A program made the translations under genes and the position numbers. A DNA stretch of 63,918 nt, filler included, from Octopus bimaculoides (Eukaryota): NCBI RefSeq assembly GCF_001194135.2. It is 5 parts of 5 records of this genome, joined end to end, with 100 filler letters (N's around TTAATTAATTAA, not from the genome) between each part and the next. Parts side by side here need not be neighbours in the genome. Positions count along the whole stretch, not along the records: positions 20,163 to 35,197 come from NC_068993.1; positions 35,298 to 58,704 come from NC_068996.1; 3 more parts are not named here. One strand, given 5' to 3'. A model generated the notes under the pieces. It did not search any database. It was not told where the DNA came from and was given only the letters and a program-made list of their open reading frames with translations. Shown here piece by piece: positions 26,887-40,615 of this stretch; position 1 is the first letter of the stretch, and every line of letters starts with the position of its first letter.

Positions 26887-27918
26887 TATAAATACAGTGT
26901 ACATTTAAACACATAAGAGGTATCCATCATAGGATTCCCTCACGCTAGAAAGAACAGCTAAGTTCCAAACCACTATTAGGGATAAAATTTCGAAGGGAAT
27001 GAAAAATAAAAACATTTACCATCTAGCTCCTGAACCATGGTTTCTGACTTTTTTTAGCAAATAAAATAATATGCCAGGTGAAGTCTTCTTCAGCAGATAT
27101 ACCCAGGAGCTTGATGGTAAATGTTTTTATTTTTCATTCCCTTTGAAATTTTATCCCTAATAGTGGTTTGGAACTTAGTTGTTCTTTCTAGTGTGAGGGA
27201 ATCCTATGATGGATACCTCTTATGTGTTTAAATGTACACTGCATTTATATGAATAATATATAGACTATGGACTAAATTTTTACACGCTAGGCCACTGGTA
27301 GTAGAAATTTCTAATATTTCTAATCACCCTTCGATATTATTAATTATTGATAATTTATTTTGGATCATTTTTGAATTTTAAATGCCGGCATTTTTTATTT
27401 ACTGCTGACAAAGAGCTGCGCTTGCACAGTAGATTTGAAAATTTACAATGTATAAGCATGGGGCATATACTGGATTGCCTCGTGTATATATGTTTAATCT
27501 GGGTGTACCTACTGAAGAAGACTTCGCCTGGCAAATTATTTTATTTGCTAAAATAAGTCAGAACCATTGGTCCAGGAGCTTGATGGTAAATGTTTTTATT
27601 TTTTATTCCCTTCGAAATTTTATCCCTAATAGTGGTTTGGAACTTACCTGTTCTTTCTAGCATGAGGGAATCCTATGATGGATACCTCTTATGTGTTTAA
27701 ATGTACACTGTATTTATATGAATAATATATAGTCTATGGACTAAATTTTTACACGCTAGGCCACTGGTAGTAGAAATTTCTAATATTTCTAATTCATTGT
27801 TTAATGTCCGCTTAAACGATGAACAAGAAATTTCTACTACCAGTGGCCTAGCGTGTAAAAATTTAGTCCATAGACTATATATTATTCATATAAATACAGT
27901 GTACATTTAAACACATAA
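26887..27918. repeat. Four copies of a 100-300 bp unit in inverted and direct arrangement (fold-back cluster)
   Basis: 26887-27032 is inverted relative to 27104-27248. 27499-27781 is a longer copy in the same orientation as 27104-27320. 27826-27918 is the inverse of 27690-27781. Confidence 0.85.
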
Positions 27919-28168
27919 NNNNNNNNNNNNNNNNNNNNNNNNNNNNNNNNNNNNNNNNNNNNNNNNNNNNNNNNNNNNNNNNNNNNNNNNNNNNNNNNNN
28001 NNNNNNNNNNNNNNNNNNNNNNNNNNNNNNNNNNNNNNNNNNNNNNNNNNNNNNNNNNNNNNNNNNNNNNNNNNNNNNNNNNNNNNNNNNNNNNNNNNNN
28101 NNNNNNNNNNNNNNNNNNNNNNNNNNNNNNNNNNNNNNNNNNNNNNNNNNNNNNNNNNNNNNNNTTTG

Positions 28169-28215
<47 letters not shown>

Positions 28216-28229
28216 TATACATACACATA

Positions 28230-29466
28230 CAGGGTGTGGTGAATAAACTGTCATCTAAATTAGACAAAAATGAAAATAACACATATATTTTAACACATAT
28301 ATTTACCAAAATTATATAAAAATATCTTGATATACTAGAGTAAATTTATTCAATAAAATCACCATTGGCTTCAACCATGAGCTCTAGACAACTTCGGAAT
28401 TTCCTGCAACTCTTCTGGACAGGCTCCTTGTTTAAGTTGGTGAATGCTGCCATAATCTTTGCCTTCAGTTCATCTTTGGTATTACAAGGAATCTTGTTGG
28501 TCTCTCACTGAACTGCACCCAACACATAATAATCAAGGGGGTTGCAGTCTGGGAAGTTAGGTGGCCAGACGTTAGGGCTGATGTGGTCACATAAATTGTC
28601 TGACAGCCATGACTGGGTTCTCCTGATTGTGTGGCATGGGGCAAAGTCCTGTTGCAAGACATAGTGTCTTCCAGGAGCCACCCTCTTGACTCGGGGCAGC
28701 ACTACCTCCTCCCGGCACTTGATATAGGCCTCCATGTTGAGTCTGAGGCTTTGTGGGAAGATGTATAGAGGTATAACATCGCCATCATTAGTGATCACTC
28801 CAAACACCATGATGTTGACAGGATTTTTTATTTTTATCACATTCGGTCCATGTTTTGGGGACATGGCAAGCCAACAGTTGTTCTGTGAGTTCATCATCTG
28901 ATCCTGGCAGAAATGTTTCTCGTCTGAGACACACCAAGGCATGTTCAGCTGGAGGGGATGCTTGAGTTTGTTCAAAAGCTTCATAGCGCGATCTTTCTTC
29001 TTGTCCTTCATGACTTGGGATAGAAAATGGCCCTTTCTCATCTTGTATGAGGAATACCAAATGTCTTCATGCACTACCTGTCTGATAAGAAATTCAGACA
29101 CACCCATGTCCCTAGCAATGGACCTGATTGACTTGGAGGGATTGTTGTGAATCATGGTCTGGATCTTACCAACAAATCCAGAAGTTCTTTTCTTATCAGA
29201 ACAATCAGAGAGTTTTCCAAGCTGCCATACCTTCATTATCACCATTAGATTCATCCAACTCTTTCCAAATCCTCTGCACTGTCCTCAGACTGACACCCAA
29301 ACACTCTGAAATGTTCATATTGGGGCTTCCAGCATGAATGCCAAGCAGTACAGCATGCCATTTCCAAATTTCTGGTAGAATGCATTGTGTTATGGTGCTG
29401 TTTTTCTCATGCACTGCGTGAAATTTAAAAGAAAAAAAACGACAACAATTTACACATCACACACTG
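28230..29466 (-). mobile_element. Near full-length DD37D (maT-type) Tc1/mariner transposon, degenerate
   Basis: TA target duplications and diverged ~26-bp TIRs (CAGGGTGTGGTGAATAAACTGTCATC / CAGTGTGTGATGTGTAAATTGTTGTC). ORF 28505-29254 has SDEKHF, QQD and PDCNPLD, with 37 residues counted between the last two Asp. The N-terminal HTH is in another frame. Confidence 0.9.
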
Positions 29467-29499
<33 letters not shown>

Positions 29500-30649
29500 C
29501 AGGTTTCCAAAACTTTCAAAATGTTTTGGTTGATGGGGATATATAATTCAAGTGGGAACTAATATGTTCTACTGATTGATAATGTTGGTTTGCATTCGTT
29601 GGTTTGTGAACTTTCAGTTGGTTGGTTTGTGTAATATAAGTAATTAAATGACTACATAAAAATTAAAAGTTGAATATTCTCTATTCTTTGTCTTCCTTAA
29701 ACTGATTCATTATTATTAATAGAGTGGAAACAAGAGGGAGATTTAAGAATGTGTATATTCTTCTCCATAATAAATATCAATCAGTGTAAGACAATGAGTG
29801 TGCAGAATGAGGTACATGGTAGCCTTAATTCCCCCTTTCCACAGTGTAAACCAAAAGTAGTGGAATGACTGGCAGAATCAGTAGAATGACAGAATGACAG
29901 AATGACACCTTATTTATCTGTCAGTGGCAGTTACAGCAACTTATATTCTAAGTTCAAATCATTTGGAAGTGTCAGCTTTGTCTTTCACCCTAACAGAATT
30001 GAAATAATGTACCAATTGTTTACTGGTGTTGATCTAAAGTAGATTTAATGAATGCAGGAAAAACAACAAGGGAAAACTTTAATTGATAACTAATTCAGGT
30101 TTTTTTTTCACTACATTGTTTTATCTAACATAAAACTTGATTTATTTCATATACATGCAAAAGTATTATATAAATGAAATTTAAATGTAATGTGACATTT
30201 TTACCTATGACTATTTCCATTCACCAATTTAATATTCCTAGATGTAAATGGAATTATAAGCCCCAATTTCCAAACGATGAGGGATCCTTTCTTTGTTGGT
30301 TTCAAAGACGATCAACTGGACTCCCTATTCATTAAAGGAATATGTGGCAGAATATATCACACACACACATGAAACCTTAATGTGTCAGTGTTACACTTTC
30401 ATATTTAGTACTATTTTGTTAAGTGTATATGACACAATATGTAAAAACGATGGTCCTTTGAATAACACATAAGGGTCCATCTAATGGAATTCAACACTTT
30501 CCATCTATCAGTTTCGCTCATAAAGTTTGAGTTGACCCAGAACTATGTCTCAAGATGCTTCATAGTGTGACAGAATCTCAGAAGAGAACTTGTTAACCAC
30601 TAGGTTGAGCCTATATCAATGAAATTTCTAAAAACACTTTAGTAATTTC

Positions 30650-30882
30650 GTTTATCTTTTATATTTTGTCTCTGTCCTTGGACTGTAGCCATGCTGGGGT
30701 ACTGCCTTAAAGGGTTTAATTGAACAAATCAACTCTAGTGCTTATTTTTTGAAAGCCTAGTACTTATTCTACTTATTTTCTTTTGCTGAACTGCTAAGTT
30801 ATGGGAGACATAAACCAACAGCAGTTGTCAAGTGGTTGTGGTATTAGACAAAAAAAAAAAACGTGTGTGTGTGTGCGTGCGT

Positions 30883-30945
<63 letters not shown>

Positions 30946-31300
30946 GAGAGAGACAGAGAGAGAGACAGAGAGACAGGAAGGAGTAAACAGAGCAGGAGGA
31001 GACACGTGGGATGGAAGAGTCGCTGAAGAGGTCACAGGTGTTTCCAGACAATTGACGTAAGATAAAATAAGAACAATAATAAACGATAGTGCGTGTGTTT
31101 ATTTGGCAAGAAAAAAAGTACCGTCTCGAAATATATACACACCACAACCAGCTTCTTTTAGTTTCCATCTACCAAATCTACTCACAAGGCCTTTGGGAAG
31201 TTTGGGGCTATAGTACAAGACACATGCCCAAGATGCTACACACTGGGACTGGACCCGGAGCTATATAGTTGAGAAGGTAACTTCTTGCTACACAGCCATG
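30650..31300 (-). mobile_element. SINE family A copy interrupted by microsatellites and other sequence
   Basis: Tail at about 30680-30860 and head at about 31150-31300 match family A. Confidence 0.65.
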
Positions 31301-31738
31301 CTTGTACCTCTACTTCACCAAATATTTTGTATTCAACAATGCTTATGCGTATATTTCTGGTTACGAGTTCTGCTAAGTTTCTCCAGATTTTTACCTTTTT
31401 TTTATTTACATTATTACTTTTTTTTATCTTTGGTAGTTAGTTTACAAAATACCATTTTCTGCTTCTTTCTTTACGTTTTACATTTGAGAAGTCTAAACGG
31501 TTTGCTTACTCAGAATAATTTATGGTCTGTAAACAACAAAACTAATTTAATAATGAGTCCGCTAATACTTCTGTTTAATTTTTCATAATTGCTATTTTTT
31601 CTTTCTCCCTTCGTTCCTTCTTTATTCCTTGTTTTCTTTCAGTTCGCCTTTTTGTTTTGGTCTTTCAGTTTCTTTTCGTGGCTTTTATAATGTAAACTTC
31701 GTAAAAAAAAAAAGACAATCACACACTCGTAACAAGAA

Positions 31739-32078
31739 TCATTCAAAGAGCACCAAGGAGTAACAAAACACAAAATATGTTAAAAAAACGATTCTAAGTA
31801 CAAGACCACAACGTAGCCAATATTTAAGAGAATCGAAATCAGGACCCACTGATTGCGAAACGAACTTCTTAAACCATCCGGCCATACTACAAGTGTCAAA
31901 CAAATGCTTGTGAAGGAAATTGGGGGAACCGAAACTGTCTAGAAGTTCATCTGATGGATTGGACCCGTAATTCACAGGTGCAACCTTATACAGGTGATTC
32001 CATTTGAGAATTATATTAAGGGTATGCGTGACTATGGTAATACTTTGTTTACCCGCTAATTCAAGGAGTGTGGAAGTC
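31739..32078 (-). CDS. Candidate coding exon, ~113 open codons, product unknown
   Basis: Stop-free frame TSTLLELAGK...WNHLYKVAPVNYGSNPSDELLDSFG...DSLKYWLRC in non-repetitive sequence. Possible AG acceptors exist, but no recognised homology. Confidence 0.3.
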
Positions 32079-33999
32079 TAGTTGATCGAATTAACATTCA
32101 TGGTTGAAAATTCAGACAGGACGACGGCTTTTTTTTTTTTTTACAAGGCCACGGAAAGGGGTCAGTTGATTATATTGGTCCCAGTATATGACATCTATTT
32201 TAACGATCCCAGAAGGATGCGTACGTATACGTATGAGTGTGTTCACACACAAATTCATGAGTCTAGGAAATTGAGAATTTGTGGTGTTCATACCTATACT
32301 CCATGAGAACTTGTAAAAATAGTTTAAACGTTCACAATTTACTATACATGTGTAGGGTGCATGTTGCATATGTACATGTAGGGGTTAGTTAAACCGTTTA
32401 ACCCATGTAGGTTGCTTGAAATCAATTCTAATCGAGCAGACCTAAGCGTTTCAATTGTGACCACCTGTACCACGTATATATTATTCAATAAAAACTCAAG
32501 CCAGTTTAGAGAACTGGTGTCGATATAAACGATTAAAACCTTTGAAAGCGGTACCCTAGTATGGCTGCACGCCAATGACTGAAAGTAATAAAAGTGTATT
32601 TAGGACTACATTATCAACGAGTCCTTCTGTTTAAGACAACAGGATGTGTTGTGCACAATAGCGGATTTAACTATTGTTTTCAGCAAGTTAAACAACGGCA
32701 TTGTGAATGCCCGTTGTTGTGAAGCTACAGGTCAATCGTAATGGAGCAAACTCAAGATCAAAGGATATTCCAGGCTTGACCAACCTGTCCGTCTTTTTGG
32801 GCATCGTGTATCTAAGACTACACGATGCCTATATTTTCAAAGACGCTAGCAGTGTAATTTGAAGATTTGACTGCTATTTCTAGCAGGTTCGTATGAAGCA
32901 AATATGTCACAGTTGTACTGTGTGTCTTTTCTAAGGTTTACATCAGACTTACCTTAATTTTTCTACTTACAGACGTATTGGGACAGAGAATGAACCATGA
33001 TTTATCCAGGTAAAAACATAAGTTGGTCATCGTTGAGTCTAATGAGGTGAACAACATCGGACATCGACCGCATTAACTGACCATTTCTTTCACATTATGT
33101 AAAAGACAAACTGTATGTATCTATGTGTAAGTGTAAAGCTATGTATATGTGTGGTGATGAGTGTGATAGAGTATGTGTGTATGGGTTTCAGTATTTTGGA
33201 CTAAATGCATTTGAGTGTGTAACGTGGTAGTAGTGTCAGTGTTTGTACTTGTGAACATGTGCGTGTCAATATTTACGTCTGTGTGTGTGTAAGTATAAAT
33301 GTGTTCGTTCACACTAGTCGGCTGTTGACGTTTTTTATCTTACGTTTTTTTTCTTTCTTGTCCTTACCCACCAACACACACACTGAAACACAAATATAGG
33401 AAAACAATAGTGATAGACAAGCCAAATGACTTGGTGAGCATAAGAAAATGTATGAGAAAAAGAGAGAGTGTGTGTGACCAGATAGGGACGGACAGGACCG
33501 CCGGCAAGAGGCAACAATTACTTTCAAAGAAGAAACAGGAAGGGGAAAGGAGTCGATGTAGTTTTTGGAGATTAGGGTGAACGGGTGGATACAGCAGTGT
33601 TAAAAATAGTAATAGTATTGATGGCAGTGCGGAATGTAGTGGTGCTGGTGGTTGTGTGATCAGTGTGGAACGAGATGTGACGAGTCATTATTATAAGTAA
33701 CATGAACAGAACACTTAGTTTGGGAAGGAAATAAAGAAAGAAAAAAGGAACACAATAGACAAATACAGATAAAACAGAATTAACATTGTCCTCCTTCTAG
33801 GTACTCAAGACGACGAGGATCACCACCATCACTACTACTACACCATGCTATAGTCACTTAATGTAGCCTCTACTTGTATATGGAAACATTTTGACACCAT
33901 ACATACTATTAATGCACACGTGTGCGCACACTTGGTTATATCAGTGACTGTGGTATGACGTCAGTGTCTGGGGAGGCTGACCGGAAGGGCGAGTTGACC

Positions 34000-35197
34000 G
34001 AAAGGGGAAAAAGGGCAGAGGGAGCCTCGATCGGGATTCGTGCCCTTTTCGAACGGGGCCTGTCTGCTATCGATGCAGGAAGACTGGGCACATCGCCCAT
34101 GATTTCGACCAGGGAAACGACCGTGGGGAAGTTGCTGCCTCTAAAACTTTCCCCGCAACCAAGTAGAGGCGCTTGTGGAGGCACTGCCCGTGGTCGAAGT
34201 CGAGGTCGAGGGGAAGAAGTTCAACCCTCGTGGACACGGGTTGCACGACTACCCTCATGACGCCAAGGGTGGCGAAGAAATGGGATGGGACGAGTAGCGT
34301 CCGGGCGGTCGACGGTAGAGAGATCCGTTGCAGGGGCAGCTCTAGTCTGGAGATAGCGTTACCGAGCGCGGCGCTGAGGCTACGGGTGATCGTGATCNNN
34401 NNNNNNNNNNNNNNNNNNNNNNNNNNNNNNNNNNNNNNNNNNNNNNNNNNNNNNNNNNNNNNNNNNNNNNNNNNNNNNNNNNNNNNNNNNNNNNNNNNNN
34501 NNNNNNNNNNNNNNNNNNNNNNNNNNNNNNNNNNNNNNNNNNNNNNNNNNNNNNNNNNNNNNNNNNNNNNNNNNNNNNNNNNNNNNNNNNNNNNNNNNNN
34601 NNNNNNNNNNNNNNNNNNNNNNNNNNNNNNNNNNNNNNNNNNNNNNNNNNNNNNNNNNNNNNNNNNNNNNNNNNNNNNNNNNNNNNNNNNNNNNNNNNNN
34701 NNNNNNNNNNNNNNNNNNNNNNNNNNNNNNNNNNNNNNNNNNNNNNNNNNNNNNNNNNNNNNNNNNNNNNNNNNNNGGACAATAGAGTGGCGATAGAAGG
34801 ACGAGCCCCCACTACTAAAGAACAGGGTGAGCTGCTACCAGCATACGTTGAAAGGTCACGCCGGTGTCGAGTTCGACGAGGAGGTAGAGAGATGGATCAA
34901 GGAAGGAGTCCTTGTCCCGTGGAAAGAGGAGGTGGTGAGTGGAGTGCTGCCTCTGATGGCGGTGGTGCAGCCGACAAAAGGAAAAGTCAGACCGGTGCTG
35001 GACTTTAGGGAACTGAACGACTATAAATCGTGCCACACGGGAGGCGAGGTAATGGACGTTTGCGGTAAGACGTTACATGTGTGGAGACAGTCGACCAAGG
35101 CAGTGACGATCATCGACTTGAAGTCGGCATATTTGCAGCTCTGTGTGAGTGACAAGCTGTGGCGATACCAGCTGGTGCGGTACAAGGGCCGGACGTA
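34000..35197 (+). mobile_element. Ty3/gypsy LTR retrotransposon fragment (gag knuckle, protease, RT start)
   Basis: CYRCRKTGHIAHDF (zinc knuckle, last Cys lost), LVDTGCTTTL protease, KVRPVLDFRELN and IDLKSAYLQ RT motifs. Frameshifted and flanked by gaps. Confidence 0.85.
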
Positions 35198-38100
35198 NNN
35201 NNNNNNNNNNNNNNNNNNNNNNNNNNNNNNNNNNNNNNNNNTTAATTAATTAANNNNNNNNNNNNNNNNNNNNNNNNNNNNNNNNNNNNNNNNNNNNCTT
35301 CTGAGTTCAAATTCTGCCGTGGTAGTCTTTCTGTCTTTCCCTCTTTCGGGTTTGATCAAATAAAGTACCAGTTGAGCACTGTGAATGATGTAATAGACAT
35401 AACCCATCCCTCGAAATGGCTGGTCCTGTACCAAAGTTTGAAATCAACATAAACAAGCATAAAGGCGGCAGGATGGCGCATGCACACACACACAGATACA
35501 CGCACCGGCGCTCACGCATACACACACACACACATACGCGCATACAAAAAATCGCAGGCGCACATACGTACACACGCCTACCAACACACACACAATCAAA
35601 CGCACACATGGACAAACATATACACTCTTGTATGGATGTATTCATGAAAGCATGTATGAATTAGAAATCATAAAAAACGTCCACACACCTGATAGTCTTT
35701 CGCCATAAGCGAAATGTCTTCCCTCTGCACCCCGGGAATGGCTGGATTCATTGCCATCTTCACTCAATCATTAGTCTCAATCGTCTCTCTTTACTCATGA
35801 AACTTGTACCCAGTGTCTTCAGCCCCATACCATTCACTACATTCTGCCGTTTCTTTTCGGAATCTAATACTGATTCCTCTTGATTATACATTTTGTCTAA
35901 CTGGAGGACCATAATGTGGTTACTAGGTCCTGTAGAAATTACAACCGATTGTCGCTCAGTGCAGAATTCGCACAAAAGACATGGAAAAGTTTCACCGACG
36001 AAAATTGTTTTAAATATTTACCTTTGAAAGGGCATCAAAGAAAACAGATTGAATGTGTTTACGTTCAAAGAGNNNNNNNNNNNNNNNNNNNNNNNNNNNN
36101 NNNNNNNNNNNNNNNNNNNNNNNNNNNNNNNNNNNNNNNNNNNNNNNNNNNNNNNNNNNNNNNNNNNNNNNNNNNNNNNNNNNNNNNNNNNNNNNNNNNN
36201 NNNNNNNNNNNNNNNNNNNNNNNNNNNNNNNNNNNNNNNNNNNNNNNNNNNNNNNNNNNNNNNNNNNNNNNNNNNNNNNNNNNNNNNNNNNNNNNNNNNN
36301 NNNNNNNNNNNNNNNNNNNNNNNNNNNNNNNNNNNNNNNNNNNNNNNNNNNNNNNNNNNNNNNNNNNNNNNNNNNNNNNNNNNNNNNNNNNNNNNNNNNN
36401 NNNNNNNNNNNNNNNNNNNNNNNNNNNNNNNNNNNNNNNNNNNNNNNNNNNNNNNNNNNNNNNNNNNNNNNNNNNNNNNNNNNNNNNNNNNNNNNNNNNN
36501 NNNNNNNNNNNNNNNNNNNNNNNNNNNNNNNNNNNNNNNNNNNNNNNNNNNNNNNNNNNNNNNNNNNNNNNNNNNNNNNNNNNNNNNNNNNNNNNNNNNN
36601 NNNNNNNNNNNNNNNNNNNNNNNNNNNNNNNNNNNNNNNNNNNNNNNNNNNNNNNNNNNNNNNNNNNNNNNNNNNNNNNNNNNNNNNNNNNNNNNNNNNN
36701 NNNNNNNNNNNNNNNNNNNNNNNNNNNNNNNNNNNNNNNNNNNNNNNNNNNNNNNNNNNNNNNNNNNNNNNNNNNNNNNNNNNNNNNNNNNNNNNNNNNN
36801 NNNNNNNNNNNNNNNNNNNNNNNNNNNNNNNNNNNNNNNNNNNNNNNNNNNNNNNNNNNNNNNNNNNNNNNNNNNNNNNNNNNNNNNNNNNNNNNNNNNN
36901 NNNNNNNNNNNNNNNNNNNNNNNNNNNNNNACTGCTGACAAATTTGTTCCAAAATTTTTATCTATACGTAAAATTAAAGAAGCAAATGTCATTTATCTCC
37001 CCTTTCATCTCTGACGTCATCTGACAAAAGCCAATCAAGATGGCGTGAATCAGCCAAGTTTTACCTGCTAGAAATAGAAACCCAAAGACTTTTGAATGAG
37101 ATCCCAATATAGGAGGTTCAAAGACCAAAAAAGTATAATATGTCTATGTAGAGCAAATATAGACTGAGATAGAGGCGCCGCAGACAGACAGGAATTAGCT
37201 TTTCTTATAATTGAAATATCGAGAAAATATCAAACATTTTAATAACAGCCAACGTGTTTTATTTAAACACTTACCGGGTTTCTAACCCTCATCTCTACAT
37301 TTAAATATTATACGTGATCATAAGGCGATGAGCGGCAGTTTTGGTTTGCACATCGGCGACATTTCGTCCACGTTTGCAGAGTTCAAACTTCACTGAGGTC
37401 GATGGTTCCCTTGATCCTTTTGTTGTTGATAATATAAGTGCCAGTCAAGTTTTATGGTCAATATAATCGAATACTCACTCCACCTAATTTCGAACCTTGT
37501 TCCTATAATAAACAGGAATATTTCATGTACAATTTTAATTTACCGATCCTTACTATCGTATCCCTTTACAGTTACACGATTGTTTACAATGAAATATTGT
37601 GTGTGAATATATGGAGAGCGAAGTGACGTTTCTGGTTGGAACCTCCAGGTTTCCTGTCCTGAAATTGCCTGGCTAAGAGTTCATACGGTTGGAGGAACAA
37701 TACCGGACACCTTGTAACTATGTTATGGTACCAACCAGCATGTTACAGAGGGTGTTTAAGAACTCAAAGGTTCATAAAACGGCAGACCCACACGATTGTG
37801 CCCCCGACTTTGTTTCCTGTTAAATTCAAGAAAAATGGGGCTAATTTATAAGAAATCTATTTTATAAGAAATCTACAAATACTTCTCAGATAGTATACGT
37901 TATAATTATATCGGAATTTATTATGGAAAAAACAAAAGTAAAAATAAAAACGCGAAATTACACACATATATACTAACACACACAACATTTTCCCTAGGGA
38001 ATGGAAGTTGAAATTTTGAAAATAAACTGCCATGTGTATATATACATATGTTTGCGCGACCTCTATTTTTTTCACATTAAATTCCGATTTATATTCGTAA

Positions 38101-38619
38101 TGTACGCTATCTGAGATGTATTTGTAGAATATTTCCTTAAAAGATATCTATTTTTTCCGAAAGTTATGGGGATCGAATTGTGTAGAGGGCACATTTGTGA
38201 GGGTCCGCTCAAAATGTCCCCACAAACACCAAAAACAAGGTGAAGATGACTCTGACTTCACTCTAGTCTTCAGGTGTCCGGGTACGTCCCCCGACGCACA
38301 CATTCCCTAGCCTCTAATCACCGTGAAAGGTTGAAAGAGACTGAATATTATTTGAAACGAAGGTTTTGGAGAAATCTTTTCCGACATTGTGACGTCATAA
38401 TGACAATATGAGAAGTCTCTGGAATAGACGAGAAATTCGTGAATGAATTTCACACACAGACGCCAAACGCGCACGCACATAATACCATACACACATGTAC
38501 ACAAACAAATATTTACACATATGATGTATCCATTTACATGGATGTGTTTATGTGTGTTTATGTATGTGTGTGTGTGTGTGTGTGCATAGCTATCTTTCTG
38601 CCAGCATGTACAGATATAA

Positions 38620-39065
38620 AAGTGGTGGTCTGGCAGAGTCGTTAGCATGCTGGTTAAAATGCTTAGCGTCATTTTGTCAGTCTTCGTGTTCTGGGTTCAA
38701 ATTCCGCCTCGGTTGACTTTGGCTTTCATCATTTTTGGGTCGATGAAATATGTACCAGTTGAGCACTGGGATCTGCGCAATGAACTTACCTCATCCCTCG
38801 AAATTAGTGACCTTCTATCAAAATTTGAAATCAATATATAAATTCAGCTGTAGAGGCCATGAGCTGGTAGGATGGTTAGCATGTCGGGCAAAATGCCTTA
38901 CGACATCTCTTTCGCCTTTACCTTCTTAATTTAAATGCCGGCAGCGTTGACTTTATCTTTCATCCTTTCAGGGTCAATAAAATAACTATCATTTGAACAC
39001 CGGACTCAATATTATGGAGTTTTTCCCTCCACCGAAATTACTGACTCTGTGCCAAAATTTGATAA
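38620..39065 (+). mobile_element. Two adjacent diverged SINE family B copies
   Basis: Heads tggcagagtcgttagc and tggtaggatggttagc, with central ttgactttggctttcatc motifs. Confidence 0.7.
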
Positions 39066-39129
39066 CAATTTACACAGGTATACGTGTTTATTTGTGTGGA
39101 TTATTTGAGCATGTAAATCTCGACTCATC

Positions 39130-39600
39130 TTTTTCACCCGCTTAGTTCTTGGATGGGTTACGCGGGTAGTCCTTGAGCCCGTCTTCCATCGGCTCCCGTC
39201 AGAAGCATCCGTCTCCAACTGAACCTTCTGGAACAGCAAACGTGACCAACCGAGCGCATGGATGTTTTCCAAACAGCTTGATCATTGTCTTCCCCTGGGA
39301 TTCCTCCTGTTCTGTATTTTTTCGCCCGTAAAACCTGTCCATAAATTCTTTCTTGAGGCATTCTTACCACATTTCCGTAGTATTGGAGCCGTGATCTCCC
39401 AATTCGGAGAAGTAGAGGCTCTACCTGGAACACCTCCCTGATGTCCTGGCTACGCACTCAGTAGAGTATTCTTCTGAATACAGAAGAACCCCAGCTGTTT
39501 GTATTCAGGATCGTTTTCATTCGATTATTACCCAAGGAGCCCAGAACTGCTCCCGCTTCTTCCATATACTTGAAGCTACGGAAATGGAGATCTTTCATTA
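39130..39600 (-). mobile_element. RTE-like LINE 3' fragment
   Basis: RSQDIRE..RSRLQYYGNVVRMPQERI, typical of the post-RT region. Confidence 0.65.
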
Positions 39601-40615
39601 CGGTCAATAACTGTTATACTGAGCACCACAAAAGTTCACGCTTTGTGGTTATAAGAGGCATTCACTGATTTGTAAATCAAGAAAGATCATGACAATAATT
39701 GATTACGCAGCACTTCAACAAAGGACGTGGTCACACGTTGGTGTGCAGGGAACTGCAGCTGTTGCTGTCCATATATTTATTGCAGCTGTTACGATACTTC
39801 ATTGTTGTTGATATGCTGAATACCACAATAGGAAAAAAAAATCAGATTTTTTGATCCACCGTATAAGGTAGCCTTGCGAGGTTATCTTAAATTATAAGAA
39901 GGATTTGAGCGGTCCCTCTTATATCGCAAGGTTATCTCAAAATATAAGAAGGAGCTGTGCGCTCAAAAGCTGCTCCCCTCTGGTTTTTCACACAAAACTT
40001 ACCCTGTGGCAAGTGAATGTCTTAAACCATTTTGTTTGTATGAGAGTACAAAGATTGATAATGTTGTTAAGATCCCTCCGGAACGCAAAGGACCTCGTAA
40101 CTCATTGCGAGTAGATGTCTGTCGGATGTTTGTAGTGCATCATCTCTTGTAACCCAGATGGTGGGTATGTTTTCCTTTTTACTTTCTATATTCAATACCT
40201 GGTGTTCCGTGATTGGTGGATGTAGGGAGGAAGGTTACTTGATTCTTCTATGTCTCATATGAAGGTGTAGTGAATGCTATGTTTATTATTTTACTATCTA
40301 GACTTAGCTGCCAATCGGCATATTTTACCTATTTTCCACATGTGGTCATATGACCATACCCATTCGTGTCAATTGGATGCTTCAAGTCATTGAATTAGAC
40401 CGCTTGCCAGACCAGCAAACTTGTGGTCTGTTTTGAAGTAACGGATGGCTATAAATAAGGAATTTCTTTTGAGATAGGCAGAGAGGAGAGAATGGTCACC
40501 AGAGATCTTTGACGCCATGCTTTGTGTTTATCCTGCACATATCACCATGTACATGCTGCACTGAGAACCAATGTATTTTGTTAACAGAATTATTCGTCTC
40601 TTTGTAACACAAGCA

